From: an uncultured Spirochaetota bacterium
GTDB lineage: Bacteria; Spirochaetota; UBA4802; UBA5550
Reading direction: 5' to 3'
NCBI GenBank assembly: GCA_942493035.1
Contig: OW818666.1
Coordinates: forward strand, 3,028,702 to 3,092,701
Length of the DNA: 64,000 nucleotides
Below are positions 1 to 8,215 of the stretch, piece after piece. Every line of letters begins with the position of its first letter. The first letter of the stretch is position 1. The notes under the pieces are model-generated. The model was not told the origin of the DNA. It did not search any database and saw only the letters and a list, made by a program, of their open reading frames with translations. Both the position numbers and the translations under genes were made by a program.

Positions 1-1926
1 ACCCGAAGTAACAGTCTCCCATAGTACTCTGTATTCATCCCCCTTTAAAAAATCTGATTTTAATATACGGGGATTATTCCCTAGAAGTTCATCTCTTGAA
101 TAACCGGTTGTCTTTTCCGCTGCAGGATTAACATACTGGATTGAACCTTTAGTATCAGTTAAAACAATAGATACAGGACTCTGCTCCACAACATATGATA
201 GAGAGCGGAGTTCAGCCTCAACCAGTTTCCGCTTTGTTATATTTTCATGTGCTACAACAATTCTTATCGCCCCGTTATATTCAAATCTGGTAACGAGCAT
301 ATTGAACCATCGTTTCTCTTCAGGAGAATGGCAGGGGTACTCCAATGAAAACTCCTCCTGCTCACCATTAATAATTGAACGTATCCCCCATGCAACAGTC
401 ATTGCCTCATCAGAATTTGAACCGCCAGATGTCTCACATACTTCAAGATAATTACTCCCCTCATAAGTTGAGGGAATATCCATGGAATTATTTAATGCAA
501 ACTCCCTCCAGGCCCGGTTAACAGCAATTATTACCCCCTCCTCATCAAGAATTGCAATATTGGTAGATAAAGCATCAAGTGTTGCACGCGCAAAGAGCTC
601 TGATTTTTTCAATTCATCTTCAACATGTTTACGTTCTGTAATATCGGTATAAAAATTCATCGTGGCAGGTTTACCATTCCATTCAGTAAGAACAGAATTG
701 ACCTCCACCCATTTGACAACTCCACCGAAGACAACGGCACGAAAGGGATATCTTGTCTCTGAATGTTCCCCGCTGATCCGCTTAATATAATTATTTGTTA
801 CTCTGGTACGGTCATCGGGGTGAATAAAATTTATGAAGGGCCGGCCGGTTATCTCCTCCGCAGTATAGCCGCCGAAGAGTTCAATGGTTTTACTGTTCAT
901 AAATTTAATCACACCATCCTGGGCTATAATAATAGCCTCATTGGCAGTATCGAATATAAGCCTGTAGTTTCTTTCTCTCTCTGCAAGAGCCTCTGCAGAT
1001 CTTTTCTTCCCGGCTATTTCCCATGCCACATCTGCAAAAAAAGAAACAATCTGAATATCGTTTTCTGTATAATATGAACTTTTATTCCCTACACCAAGAA
1101 TCGCGACAATCCTGTCATTGCGGAATATCGGCACCACCAGTTCGCGGATCAGCGGAGCATGTCCGACAGGGAGTCCCTTCCGGTTTGGAAGCGAAGCATA
1201 GTCATTATGGATAACAGATCTGCGCTCACGTACTGCATCACCCCATACTCCGGCATTCTCTATACCGTAATGACTCCCTTTACCTTCAGCATTGCAGTAC
1301 TCTTTCATTGTCCGGGTTGACCAGGCCTGCAGGTGCAGAGTCTTTTCGTCATCACCCACAAAGTGATAGAATCCGATGGGGCTTTCGGATATCTCTGTTA
1401 CTTCGTCGAGAGTTTTCTGAAGCACTTCATCAAGGGAGTGGTTTAACGAATACTCCACAAGCCTGAGCCTTGCCTCAATTATTTTTTCTGATTTTTTATA
1501 ATCTGTAACTTCACTCCTAATTTCACAACGCTTTCCATCTATTTCAAAAAGTTCAAAAGCCGTCTCAATAGCTGACAGCAGCAGCAGATCTCCTGTGTTT
1601 TTGATATAATATCCGTAACGGGTAATACCGCGAATTTTATCCATCGTTTGATTATCAATACCTGAAGCGATAAAAATAACAGGGAGAGTTTTAGAGGCAA
1701 GTATTATCCGTGCGGCTTCCGCACCGTCCATTCCGGAAGAGGAATCTGTATTCATCAATATCAGATTTATGTCATTATTTTCATTGGTGTATTTTACAGC
1801 ATCTTCCGGGTGGGAAACACTTTTTACATAATATCCGGCGTTTTTTAAAACTTCCGTAATTGCCGAATTAGAATCTTTGTTCTCCTCTACAAGAAGTATT
1901 GTTTTACTTAAAGAAGCCTTAGTCAT
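1..1926 (-). CDS. Hybrid signalling protein, N-terminal receiver domain plus multiple PAS domains. Partial: the C-terminus lies beyond the window start.
   Basis: ATG at 1926 on the minus strand. Translation MTKASLSKTILLVEENKD...LILMNTDSSSGMDGAEAA is a CheY-like receiver. Further downstream the DITERK-type PAS linker motifs recur. No stop codon before coordinate 1. Confidence 0.7.
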   Translation of the reverse strand, partial: MTKASLSKTILLVEENKDSNSAITEVLKNAGYYVKSVSHPEDAVKYTNENNDINLILMNTDSSSGMDGAEAARIILASKTLPVIFIASGIDNQTMDKIRGITRYGYYIKNTGDLLLLSAIETAFELFEIDGKRCEIRSEVTDYKKSEKIIEARLRLVEYSLNHSLDEVLQKTLDEVTEISESPIGFYHFVGDDEKTLHLQAWSTRTMKEYCNAEGKGSHYGIENAGVWGDAVRERRSVIHNDYASLPNRKGLPVGHAPLIRELVVPIFRNDRIVAILGVGNKSSYYTENDIQIVSFFADVAWEIAGKKRSAEALAERERNYRLIFDTANEAIIIAQDGVIKFMNSKTIELFGGYTAEEITGRPFINFIHPDDRTRVTNNYIKRISGEHSETRYPFRAVVFGGVVKWVEVNSVLTEWNGKPATMNFYTDITERKHVEDELKKSELFARATLDALSTNIAILDEEGVIIAVNRAWREFALNNSMDIPSTYEGSNYLEVCETSGGSNSDEAMTVAWGIRSIINGEQEEFSLEYPCHSPEEKRWFNMLVTRFEYNGAIRIVVAHENITKRKLVEAELRSLSYVVEQSPVSIVLTDTKGSIQYVNPAAEKTTGYSRDELLGNNPRILKSDFLKGDEYRVLWETVTSG

Positions 1927-2041
1927 AATTTATTCCATTTAATATAAACGGTAAGCTACTCTGAAAATGTCAGAAATAACAGCCTACCGATAGTATAACT
2001 CATACCGCAGAATAAATCAATAGCACGTTAGTGTTAAATTC

Positions 2042-2061
2042 TATAACACGAACGTGTTATA
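2042..2061. promoter_or_regulatory. Perfect 9+9 palindrome TATAACACGaaCGTGTTATA, operator-like. It sits ~115 bp upstream of the receiver-PAS gene start at 1926 and overlaps the stop codon of the upstream gene.
   Basis: Read directly from the sequence. The same ACACGAACGTGT core recurs twice at 31550-31592 upstream of another receiver-PAS kinase gene. Confidence 0.4.
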
Positions 2062-3298
2062 GGGAGGTAACCTTAAATACCATAGAACACTCAACTTTAA
2101 TCTTAGGACCGGATTTTATATCTGAATGATCTGTTATATTATTTATCCCGATACTGCCGCCATGTTTTGTTACTATTTTTTCAACAAGCGTAAGCCCTAG
2201 CCCGTAATCAAGAGTATGGTAGCCGTCATTTACCGTTTTTGTAAGTCTGTAAAAAGGTTCAAACACAAGGTTTTCATATCCAGTCGGAATCCCCTTAAGA
2301 CCTTTTTCTGTAGGAAGAATATCATTTATCACAGAGATGGTGAGGTTATCCTTCTGCGCCATAAATAATACTATAACATCTGAAGATTCAGGAGAATACT
2401 TCATCGAATTGAGAATAATCTCCTCCACTGCCTGCAGAAAATAATTGATATTGATGTCAGCATACAAATTATCGAAAAAATCTTTTTTGTCACTCAACAT
2501 CAGATGATGTTTTTTTACAGATGCAACTGAGGTCATTCCGGATATTCTTTCAGCAACTTTATCATGAATAGCGCCGAGCGGCATTTTTTCAGATATATGC
2601 TTCTCTGTAACAATCTTCATCATGTCGCTGAAAGTCTGCAGTGCTTTCTCCGCAGCTCTTACATTCCCGCGGATCATTTCAAAAAGTTCACCGCTGATTT
2701 TATAATCTTCCCCATCTTTCTTTGCGGTAGATTCCATTACAGCCATCAGAGTTACCAGAGCACCAAATCCCGCACCCTGATTAAAACTGGTCAGCAGACT
2801 CTCGAAAATATTTGCACCCATGGATTTATCATCACGGTTTTTCAGCCTCTCTTCAAATTTATACCATTCAAGATTATTCTCCAGCCGTATTACCTTCTCT
2901 TTCCGGGTTATATCAAGAGCATGTTTCATCTCACTGGTTTCAAAAGCACGGGACAGTTTCAAAAGAAGATCACTCATATCAACAGGTTTAAGGATATAAT
3001 CATATATACCCTTCTTCATTATATCGATAATGAGTTCAGGACTCCGTTCAATGGTGGTTACAAAAATTACCGGGGGATTCTCAAAAGAGCTCAGGTGTGA
3101 TATAAGTTCATTTCCGTTCATGACCGGCATATCTATATCGGTAATAACAACCTGTGCGGGATTGCTTTTATATTTTTTAAGCGCTTCACTTCCATTGACC
3201 GCTGTCTCAACAGCATAGCCGTTTGAGATGAGAAACTGCGCAAGAGTCTTCAGCATTATTATGTCGTCTTCAGCGATTAAAACTTTTTTTTCTGCCAT
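2057..3298 (-). CDS. Response-regulator receiver protein with a C-terminal GHKL/HATPase_c domain and no recognisable H-box. Resembles an RsbW/SpoIIAB-type serine kinase fused to a receiver.
   Basis: N-terminus MAEKKVLIAEDDIIML...VVITDIDMPVMNG is a receiver domain. C-terminus has the NSMKYSP...DNG-type N and G boxes (GLGLTLVEKIVTKHGGSIGI). Confidence 0.6.
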   Translation of the reverse strand: MAEKKVLIAEDDIIMLKTLAQFLISNGYAVETAVNGSEALKKYKSNPAQVVITDIDMPVMNGNELISHLSSFENPPVIFVTTIERSPELIIDIMKKGIYDYILKPVDMSDLLLKLSRAFETSEMKHALDITRKEKVIRLENNLEWYKFEERLKNRDDKSMGANIFESLLTSFNQGAGFGALVTLMAVMESTAKKDGEDYKISGELFEMIRGNVRAAEKALQTFSDMMKIVTEKHISEKMPLGAIHDKVAERISGMTSVASVKKHHLMLSDKKDFFDNLYADININYFLQAVEEIILNSMKYSPESSDVIVLFMAQKDNLTISVINDILPTEKGLKGIPTGYENLVFEPFYRLTKTVNDGYHTLDYGLGLTLVEKIVTKHGGSIGINNITDHSDIKSGPKIKVECSMVFKVTSL

Positions 3299-3333
3299 AT
3301 TATTATTCCTTTTTACGCGATCTTAAAATCATT

Positions 3334-3702
3334 TCAGATCTTCATATATTTTTTGACAACATTCTCAAGCTGTTCAGACTGGAACGGTTTTGAAATCCAG
3401 GCATTTGCTCCATTCAGTCTTGCGTCAGTTATAATGTCATCATCGGTTTCATCAGTTAAAATTATTATCGGGAGGTTACGGTATTCATTCTGTTCCCTTA
3501 TAATTTTGAGTAAAGTAATTCCATCAATCTCCGGCATATTTGTATCAGATAATAATAGATCTATACTGTCAGCTTTCAGAATAAGCAGCGCATCTGCTCC
3601 ATTTGAAGCTTCCTTTACTTCATATCCGGCAAAATTCAAAATAGAAATCAGATTGTCCCTGAAATCATCTGATTCAAATGCGATGAGAATTTTCTTCGCC
3701 AT
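3334..3702 (-). CDS. Single-domain CheY-like response regulator.
   Basis: 122 aa. KKILIAFESDD, LLLSDTNMPEIDG and a conserved Lys region. Sits immediately upstream in the same orientation as the 2057-3298 gene. Confidence 0.8.
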   Translation of the reverse strand: MAKKILIAFESDDFRDNLISILNFAGYEVKEASNGADALLILKADSIDLLLSDTNMPEIDGITLLKIIREQNEYRNLPIIILTDETDDDIITDARLNGANAWISKPFQSEQLENVVKKYMKI

Positions 3703-4016
3703 ATACCCTTCCCGCTAAGAAACCGGCAGTTATTGACTTTATATGATTATAATTTTCCCGTGTATTTATACAACAATTCTATGTATTAAGTTAATTATTA
3801 ATAGATATTATGACCACAATAATTTCCCGAAGTTAAAAATAAGATATTATTCATAATGGCTTATAAACCGGCGGCATTTTTCTCCACTCCTTACAGGTGC
3901 GGGAAAGACATATTTTAACTTCTATTATCATATAGTAATTGTTTTTTTGCTCTTTTAAAAATGTTATTGAAGGAAATCATATGTTTTAATAACAACATAA
4001 TTATTACAGGAAAAAG

Positions 4017-4571
4017 ATGAAACCTTCGTATAACATCCATATCGGCGAATACTACGCGAGCAAGACTCCGGCAATTATTACAACAATTCTCGGCCCATGC
4101 GTGGCAGTGTGCATCTATGATAAGACAAAAATGATCGGCGGGATGAACCACATCCTTATGCCTGGAGATGCCCCTGACAGAGAAAATATAATCGACTCAC
4201 GATATGGCATAAATGCCATGGAACTTCTGATTAACCAGATGATGAAACTCGGCGCCAACAGATATAAACTTACAGCAAAAGTTTTCGGAGGAGCAGCAAT
4301 ACTCTCCTCTATTTCCGGCGAATTCAACATGGGTATAAGAAATGTTGAATCGGTAATACAATTTCTTGAGATAGAAAAAATTCCTATTATCAATTATAAT
4401 TTCGGAGGATTTGATTCCAGAAGAATTTACTATCACTCCGACACCGGTGAGGTTCTGATAAAAAGAATCAAATCAAGAGAAGCACTTACTGAAGACTCAG
4501 TTGTCCGGGAAAGACGGCTTGAGGCTGAAAAAAGAATTAAGAAAACACCGTCAGTTATATTTTTCGACTGA
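4017..4571 (+). CDS. cheD: CheD-like chemoreceptor glutamine deamidase, paralog 1.
   Basis: The ILGPCVAVCIYD and GGMNHILMPGD motifs match the CheD catalytic Cys/His region. RBS-like AGGAAAAAG precedes the ATG. ~70% identical to the ORF at 32014-32568. Confidence 0.8.
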   Translation: MKPSYNIHIGEYYASKTPAIITTILGPCVAVCIYDKTKMIGGMNHILMPGDAPDRENIIDSRYGINAMELLINQMMKLGANRYKLTAKVFGGAAILSSISGEFNMGIRNVESVIQFLEIEKIPIINYNFGGFDSRRIYYHSDTGEVLIKRIKSREALTEDSVVRERRLEAEKRIKKTPSVIFFD

Positions 4572-4575
4572 TTTT

Positions 4576-4621
4576 GCAGAACCTCCCCATCGCCATGTGG
4601 AGAGGGGGCCGGGTGATGAGG
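4576..4621. terminator. GC-rich hairpin between convergent cheD-like gene and kinase gene. Candidate bidirectional terminator and member of the CTCCCC...GGAGAGGG repeat family.
   Basis: CCTCCCCATCGCCATGTGGAGAGGGGGCCGGGTGATGAGG lies between stop codons at 4571 and 4622. Similar modules occur at 8041-8075 and 27521-27560. Confidence 0.4.
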
Positions 4622-6682
4622 TCACACTTCAAACTCCAGAATAATTATCGTTCCCTCTCCCCGTTCAACTTTTACACTTCCTCCAACCTGATCAACAAGC
4701 ATATTTACAAGATCAAGTCCAAATCCCTTTGATTTTTCAGATTCTAATGATTCCGGAATTCCGACTCCGTTATCCCGTACCCGTATAGTAAAAATTTTAT
4801 CTTTTTTATAGGCAGTTACACTTATTACACCTTCATCCCTTCCTATGAATGCATGCTTCATAATATTTGTAAGTAATTCGTTTATAATTATCCCCAGAGG
4901 TGTAAGAATCTGAATATTTAGTATAAAATCTTCAATGTCTGTTTCAATCTGTATTCCGATTCTGCCGGGAAAGCTCCCCACGACCTCTGCGGTAAGCGGC
5001 TGAAGATAATCTTTAACAGATAACTCTCTATAATTATCTGTACAGTAGAGTCTGTCATAAAGCATTATCATGCTCTGCACGCGCCGTTCAGCATCGCGGA
5101 GTGATTCCTCAGCTGATTGATTCTCTTCAGCGGATATCTGCAGTGTAAGAAGACCCTTGATAGTGTTCATGTTGTTCTTAATACGGTGGTGTACTTCACT
5201 AAGAAGAAGTTCCTTCTCAGCAAGAAGAGTGCGGACTCTCTCTTCAGAAAGTCTGCTCTCGGTAATATCGCGGACAAAAATTGAAACACCGACTATTTCA
5301 TTATTGTTATAGATAGGATTATATAAAATCTCGTGGAACAAGCGGTTGATGTCGTTAGTCTCCCGGACAACAGTATATGATTCACCCGACATAGCGCGAT
5401 CAATATTCAGTTTGGCAATTTCCCTCTCATCCTCCGGAATTATGAAGTCCAGTGCGTTCTGCCCCGTGGCAATCTCTTTCCCGTATCTCCGCTTAATGTC
5501 GTCAGAATAAGTTTTATTAAAATAAAGATACCTGTAATTTTTATCAACAGACAGGATAATCAGACCTGCCGGGCTCTCCAGACTCGACTTCAATAGCATC
5601 TGCGCCTTTTCCAGTTCCTGATTGGTAGATGTAAGCTCCTCATTGGTTGCAACCTGCTCCTCGTATGTAGCATCTAGCTCTTCTACGGCAGCGATAAGAT
5701 CTTCATTTTTATTTCGTAAACGTGCTTCACTCTCACGCAGTGCCGCCTCACTTAATCTTAAATCATCCAGCGCATGTCTTAGAGTTAATGTTCTGATCAG
5801 TATCTTTTTTTTAAGCTGTTTATTCCACAAAAATACAAATCCCGAAACAGCAAATAACAGTATCATAAATGCAGCCGCAAATTTGAATTCGCGGCTCTCC
5901 ATAAAACTGACAGTATGAAGACTGATCCATTTGCGGTAAATTTTGTCCCGCTCAGACTGTGATATAGCCGCAAGCCCCTTAGTCAGAATGCTGTTCAGCT
6001 GCGGCCAGTCCTTTCGCGACCCGATAGCAAGCCGTATGGGGTAACCGGCATCACCGGATATCTGAATATTAGAAATACCCTCCTTCTCGGTTAGATAGGA
6101 TGCAGTTGCAAGATCTATAACAGCCGCATCGGAGATTCGATATGATACATTAAGAATTGCGTTAAGATCCGAAGATACAATGTCGCTTTTAATCTGAGGA
6201 TGATTCTTTTTTATAAATTCTGTTATAGCATATCCCTGAACAAGTGAAACTCTTTTTCCGGCAAGTTCGCTGAGAGATAAATTGCTCATTGAATCTTTCC
6301 GGACAAGAATAACATTTTTAATTTCCACTATAGGCTCAGTGAATAACAGATATTCACTCCGCTCGGGAGTTTTTGTCGCAGCGTTAACAATTGAAACTTT
6401 TCTATCTTTTGCAAGTGAAAGGATCTCATCAAAAGATGATGCCTTAACTATATTAAAACTGATTCCGAGTTTCTTCTCTATAAGTTTTATATAATCATGA
6501 GCCAGACCTCTGGTTGTTCCAGCTTTGTCATCGTAAAATTCAAAAGGTGCATAAAACGGATCCGGAGCAAAATAGATCTCATTCTTATGGTTATCGAGCC
6601 ACTCCTCCTCGGCAGGATCGAGAACTACCTGTTTTGCGTTATATGATTTATCACATGACATCAGCAGAAACGCCGATAACAT
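4622..6682 (-). CDS. Sensor histidine kinase: signal peptide, periplasmic SBP_bac_3-like solute-binding domain, TM helix, NEEL-heptad coiled coil, PAS, HisKA_2 and HATPase.
   Basis: N-terminal solute-binding-like region (KTPERSEYLLFTEP). TM segment FAAAFMILLFAVSGFVFLW. Coiled-coil heptads NEDLIAAVEELDATYEEQVATNEELTSTNQELE. H-box EVHHRIKNNMNTIKGLL. N-box NELLTNIMKHAF. G-box DNGVGIP...GFGLDLV. Confidence 0.85.
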   Translation of the reverse strand: MLSAFLLMSCDKSYNAKQVVLDPAEEEWLDNHKNEIYFAPDPFYAPFEFYDDKAGTTRGLAHDYIKLIEKKLGISFNIVKASSFDEILSLAKDRKVSIVNAATKTPERSEYLLFTEPIVEIKNVILVRKDSMSNLSLSELAGKRVSLVQGYAITEFIKKNHPQIKSDIVSSDLNAILNVSYRISDAAVIDLATASYLTEKEGISNIQISGDAGYPIRLAIGSRKDWPQLNSILTKGLAAISQSERDKIYRKWISLHTVSFMESREFKFAAAFMILLFAVSGFVFLWNKQLKKKILIRTLTLRHALDDLRLSEAALRESEARLRNKNEDLIAAVEELDATYEEQVATNEELTSTNQELEKAQMLLKSSLESPAGLIILSVDKNYRYLYFNKTYSDDIKRRYGKEIATGQNALDFIIPEDEREIAKLNIDRAMSGESYTVVRETNDINRLFHEILYNPIYNNNEIVGVSIFVRDITESRLSEERVRTLLAEKELLLSEVHHRIKNNMNTIKGLLTLQISAEENQSAEESLRDAERRVQSMIMLYDRLYCTDNYRELSVKDYLQPLTAEVVGSFPGRIGIQIETDIEDFILNIQILTPLGIIINELLTNIMKHAFIGRDEGVISVTAYKKDKIFTIRVRDNGVGIPESLESEKSKGFGLDLVNMLVDQVGGSVKVERGEGTIIILEFEV

Positions 6683-6782
6683 AAGTATTAAAAAATTATT
6701 TTTAAATTTTATAACAGCCCCCCTCCACTCTCTTGTGTGTATAAAGATTCATCGGATTTTAAAATTACAGAATGTGTTTCCT

Positions 6783-6853
6783 GTAGAGACGCAGCATTCT
6801 GCGTCTCTACTAAATCCTATAATCCCTTAATCTGCTTAATCCTAATTCAGACA
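6783..6853. repeat. Partial copy of the TGTCTGAAT foldback element family. A 28-bp perfect palindrome is followed by the conserved right arm AAATCCTATAATCCCTTAATCTGCTTAATCCTAATTCAGACA.
   Basis: GTAGAGACGCAGCATTCTGCGTCTCTAC palindrome at 6783-6810. The right-arm TIR supplies the V-stop (GTCTGA) of the kinase gene ending at 6847. Confidence 0.6.
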
Positions 6854-8007
6854 TCCTCAAATTCCAGCAAAAACTTTGTCCCTTCGCCCCGCTCAATCTT
6901 TATACTTCCGTTCAGCTGCTCCGTAAGCATACCTACAAGCTGCATTCCAAAACCGGTTGAGTTTTCAAATGTAATCCCTTCAGGGATCCCTGCACCATTA
7001 TCTGCAATTGTTATTAAAATTATATTTCCCGCTTTTGATGCGGTTACGCTTATAACACCATCGCTGCGGCCTGTAAAGGCATATTTCATTGCGTTGGTTA
7101 TAATTTCATTCACAAGTATTCCCAGTATTGAAAGAATCTTGGCCTCAAGAACAATGTCATCAATTCCGGTTTTGATTTTAACAGATTTTTTTAGAGGAAA
7201 AATTCCTACAATTTCATAAATAAGATCGGGGAAGTATTCTTTAAGAGATACAGACGCTGTATGTTCCGAACGGTACAATTTGTCATACAGTACGCTCATG
7301 CTCTGCACCCTCCCCGCAGCATCAAAGAGCACATTTTTTGCGGCTTCATCAGTCCGGGCGTTTGCCTGCATGTTCAGCAGAGCTCCGATGTTATACATAT
7401 TATTTTTAACACGATGATGGACCTCTTTCAGAATAAGCTCTTTCTCATTCAGCAGATTATACACAGTCTCCTCTGCGAGTTTCCGATCGGTTATATCTAC
7501 AGCATTTATGTAGCATTTTTTTTCATTTGAGGAGATCACACCTTCAATATGAATAAAAGATTTAATATCATTTTCAATTTTCAGTCTTACTTCGCAGATC
7601 TGTCTTAAACCGGTTTTAAAGATCTTGTCCATAAAGTCATCGAATTCAGGGAGAGTCTCCGGCGATACAAATGATCTGAACTTGCTGTTTACCAGATCAG
7701 AACGATCACTTCCAAGCATTCCTGCACCGCTACGGTTCATCTCGTAAATTGTACTGTCGGGATTAAGAGTGAAATATCCCATTGCCGCATATTCATAAAA
7801 CGCGTTGAACTTCTCTGCAGCAGCAGCTGCGATATCCCTTTCGGAGAGTACTTCCTCATTTATAAGTTCAAGCTCAATATTTTTCAACTCTAGCCCGGTT
7901 ATAATTTTTTCAATCTCTGGAGCGGTTAAAGAGGATATATTAACATGATCTTTCTTTTTATAAAGCTCTTCTGCTTTTTTAATGAATAATTTATCATCTG
8001 ATTTCAT
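6847..8007 (-). CDS. Cytoplasmic PAS - HisKA_2 - HATPase sensor histidine kinase.
   Basis: 386 aa. H-box EVHHRVKNNMYNI. N-box NEIITNAMKYAF. G-box DNGAGIP...GFGMQLV. No TM segment. Confidence 0.85.
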   Translation of the reverse strand: MKSDDKLFIKKAEELYKKKDHVNISSLTAPEIEKIITGLELKNIELELINEEVLSERDIAAAAAEKFNAFYEYAAMGYFTLNPDSTIYEMNRSGAGMLGSDRSDLVNSKFRSFVSPETLPEFDDFMDKIFKTGLRQICEVRLKIENDIKSFIHIEGVISSNEKKCYINAVDITDRKLAEETVYNLLNEKELILKEVHHRVKNNMYNIGALLNMQANARTDEAAKNVLFDAAGRVQSMSVLYDKLYRSEHTASVSLKEYFPDLIYEIVGIFPLKKSVKIKTGIDDIVLEAKILSILGILVNEIITNAMKYAFTGRSDGVISVTASKAGNIILITIADNGAGIPEGITFENSTGFGMQLVGMLTEQLNGSIKIERGEGTKFLLEFEDV

Positions 8008-8086
8008 ATCATTACCTTTTTGAATTTACTATTTGTCTTCCTTCTCCTCCCCATGTAGAGAAGGAATGAGGTCACGCATCCCATTT

Positions 8087-8215
8087 TGTCTGAATTAGGA
8101 TTTATAGGATTAGCGGATTAAAGGATTTCCATGAAACTGTAGGCTCGTAGCGCGCTACGAGCCTACAGTTTCTAAATCCTATAATCCTCTAATCTGCTTA
8201 ATCCTAATTCAGACA
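8087..8215. repeat. Complete foldback (MITE-like) element. Terminal inverted repeats TGTCTGAATTAGGATT / AATCCTAATTCAGACA with internal TAATCC-type subrepeats and a central 40-bp perfect palindrome (8133-8172).
   Basis: Left arm TGTCTGAATTAGGATTTATAGGATTAGCGGATTAAAGGATTT and right arm are near-reverse-complements. Centre GAAACTGTAGGCTCGTAGCGCGCTACGAGCCTACAGTTTC is perfectly palindromic. The right TIR supplies GTCTGA (Val-stop) of the 8209-11223 kinase. Confidence 0.7.

Noticed and set aside
763-1214. Numerous 60-180 aa ORFs antisense to or embedded in the large kinase genes (for example 763-1077, 2564-3100, 5622-5918, 8789-9156, 22511-22923, 30055-30399).
   Set aside because: They lie entirely within long, well-supported kinase ORFs on the opposite strand or in another frame and have low-complexity composition. 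They are treated as shadow ORFs.
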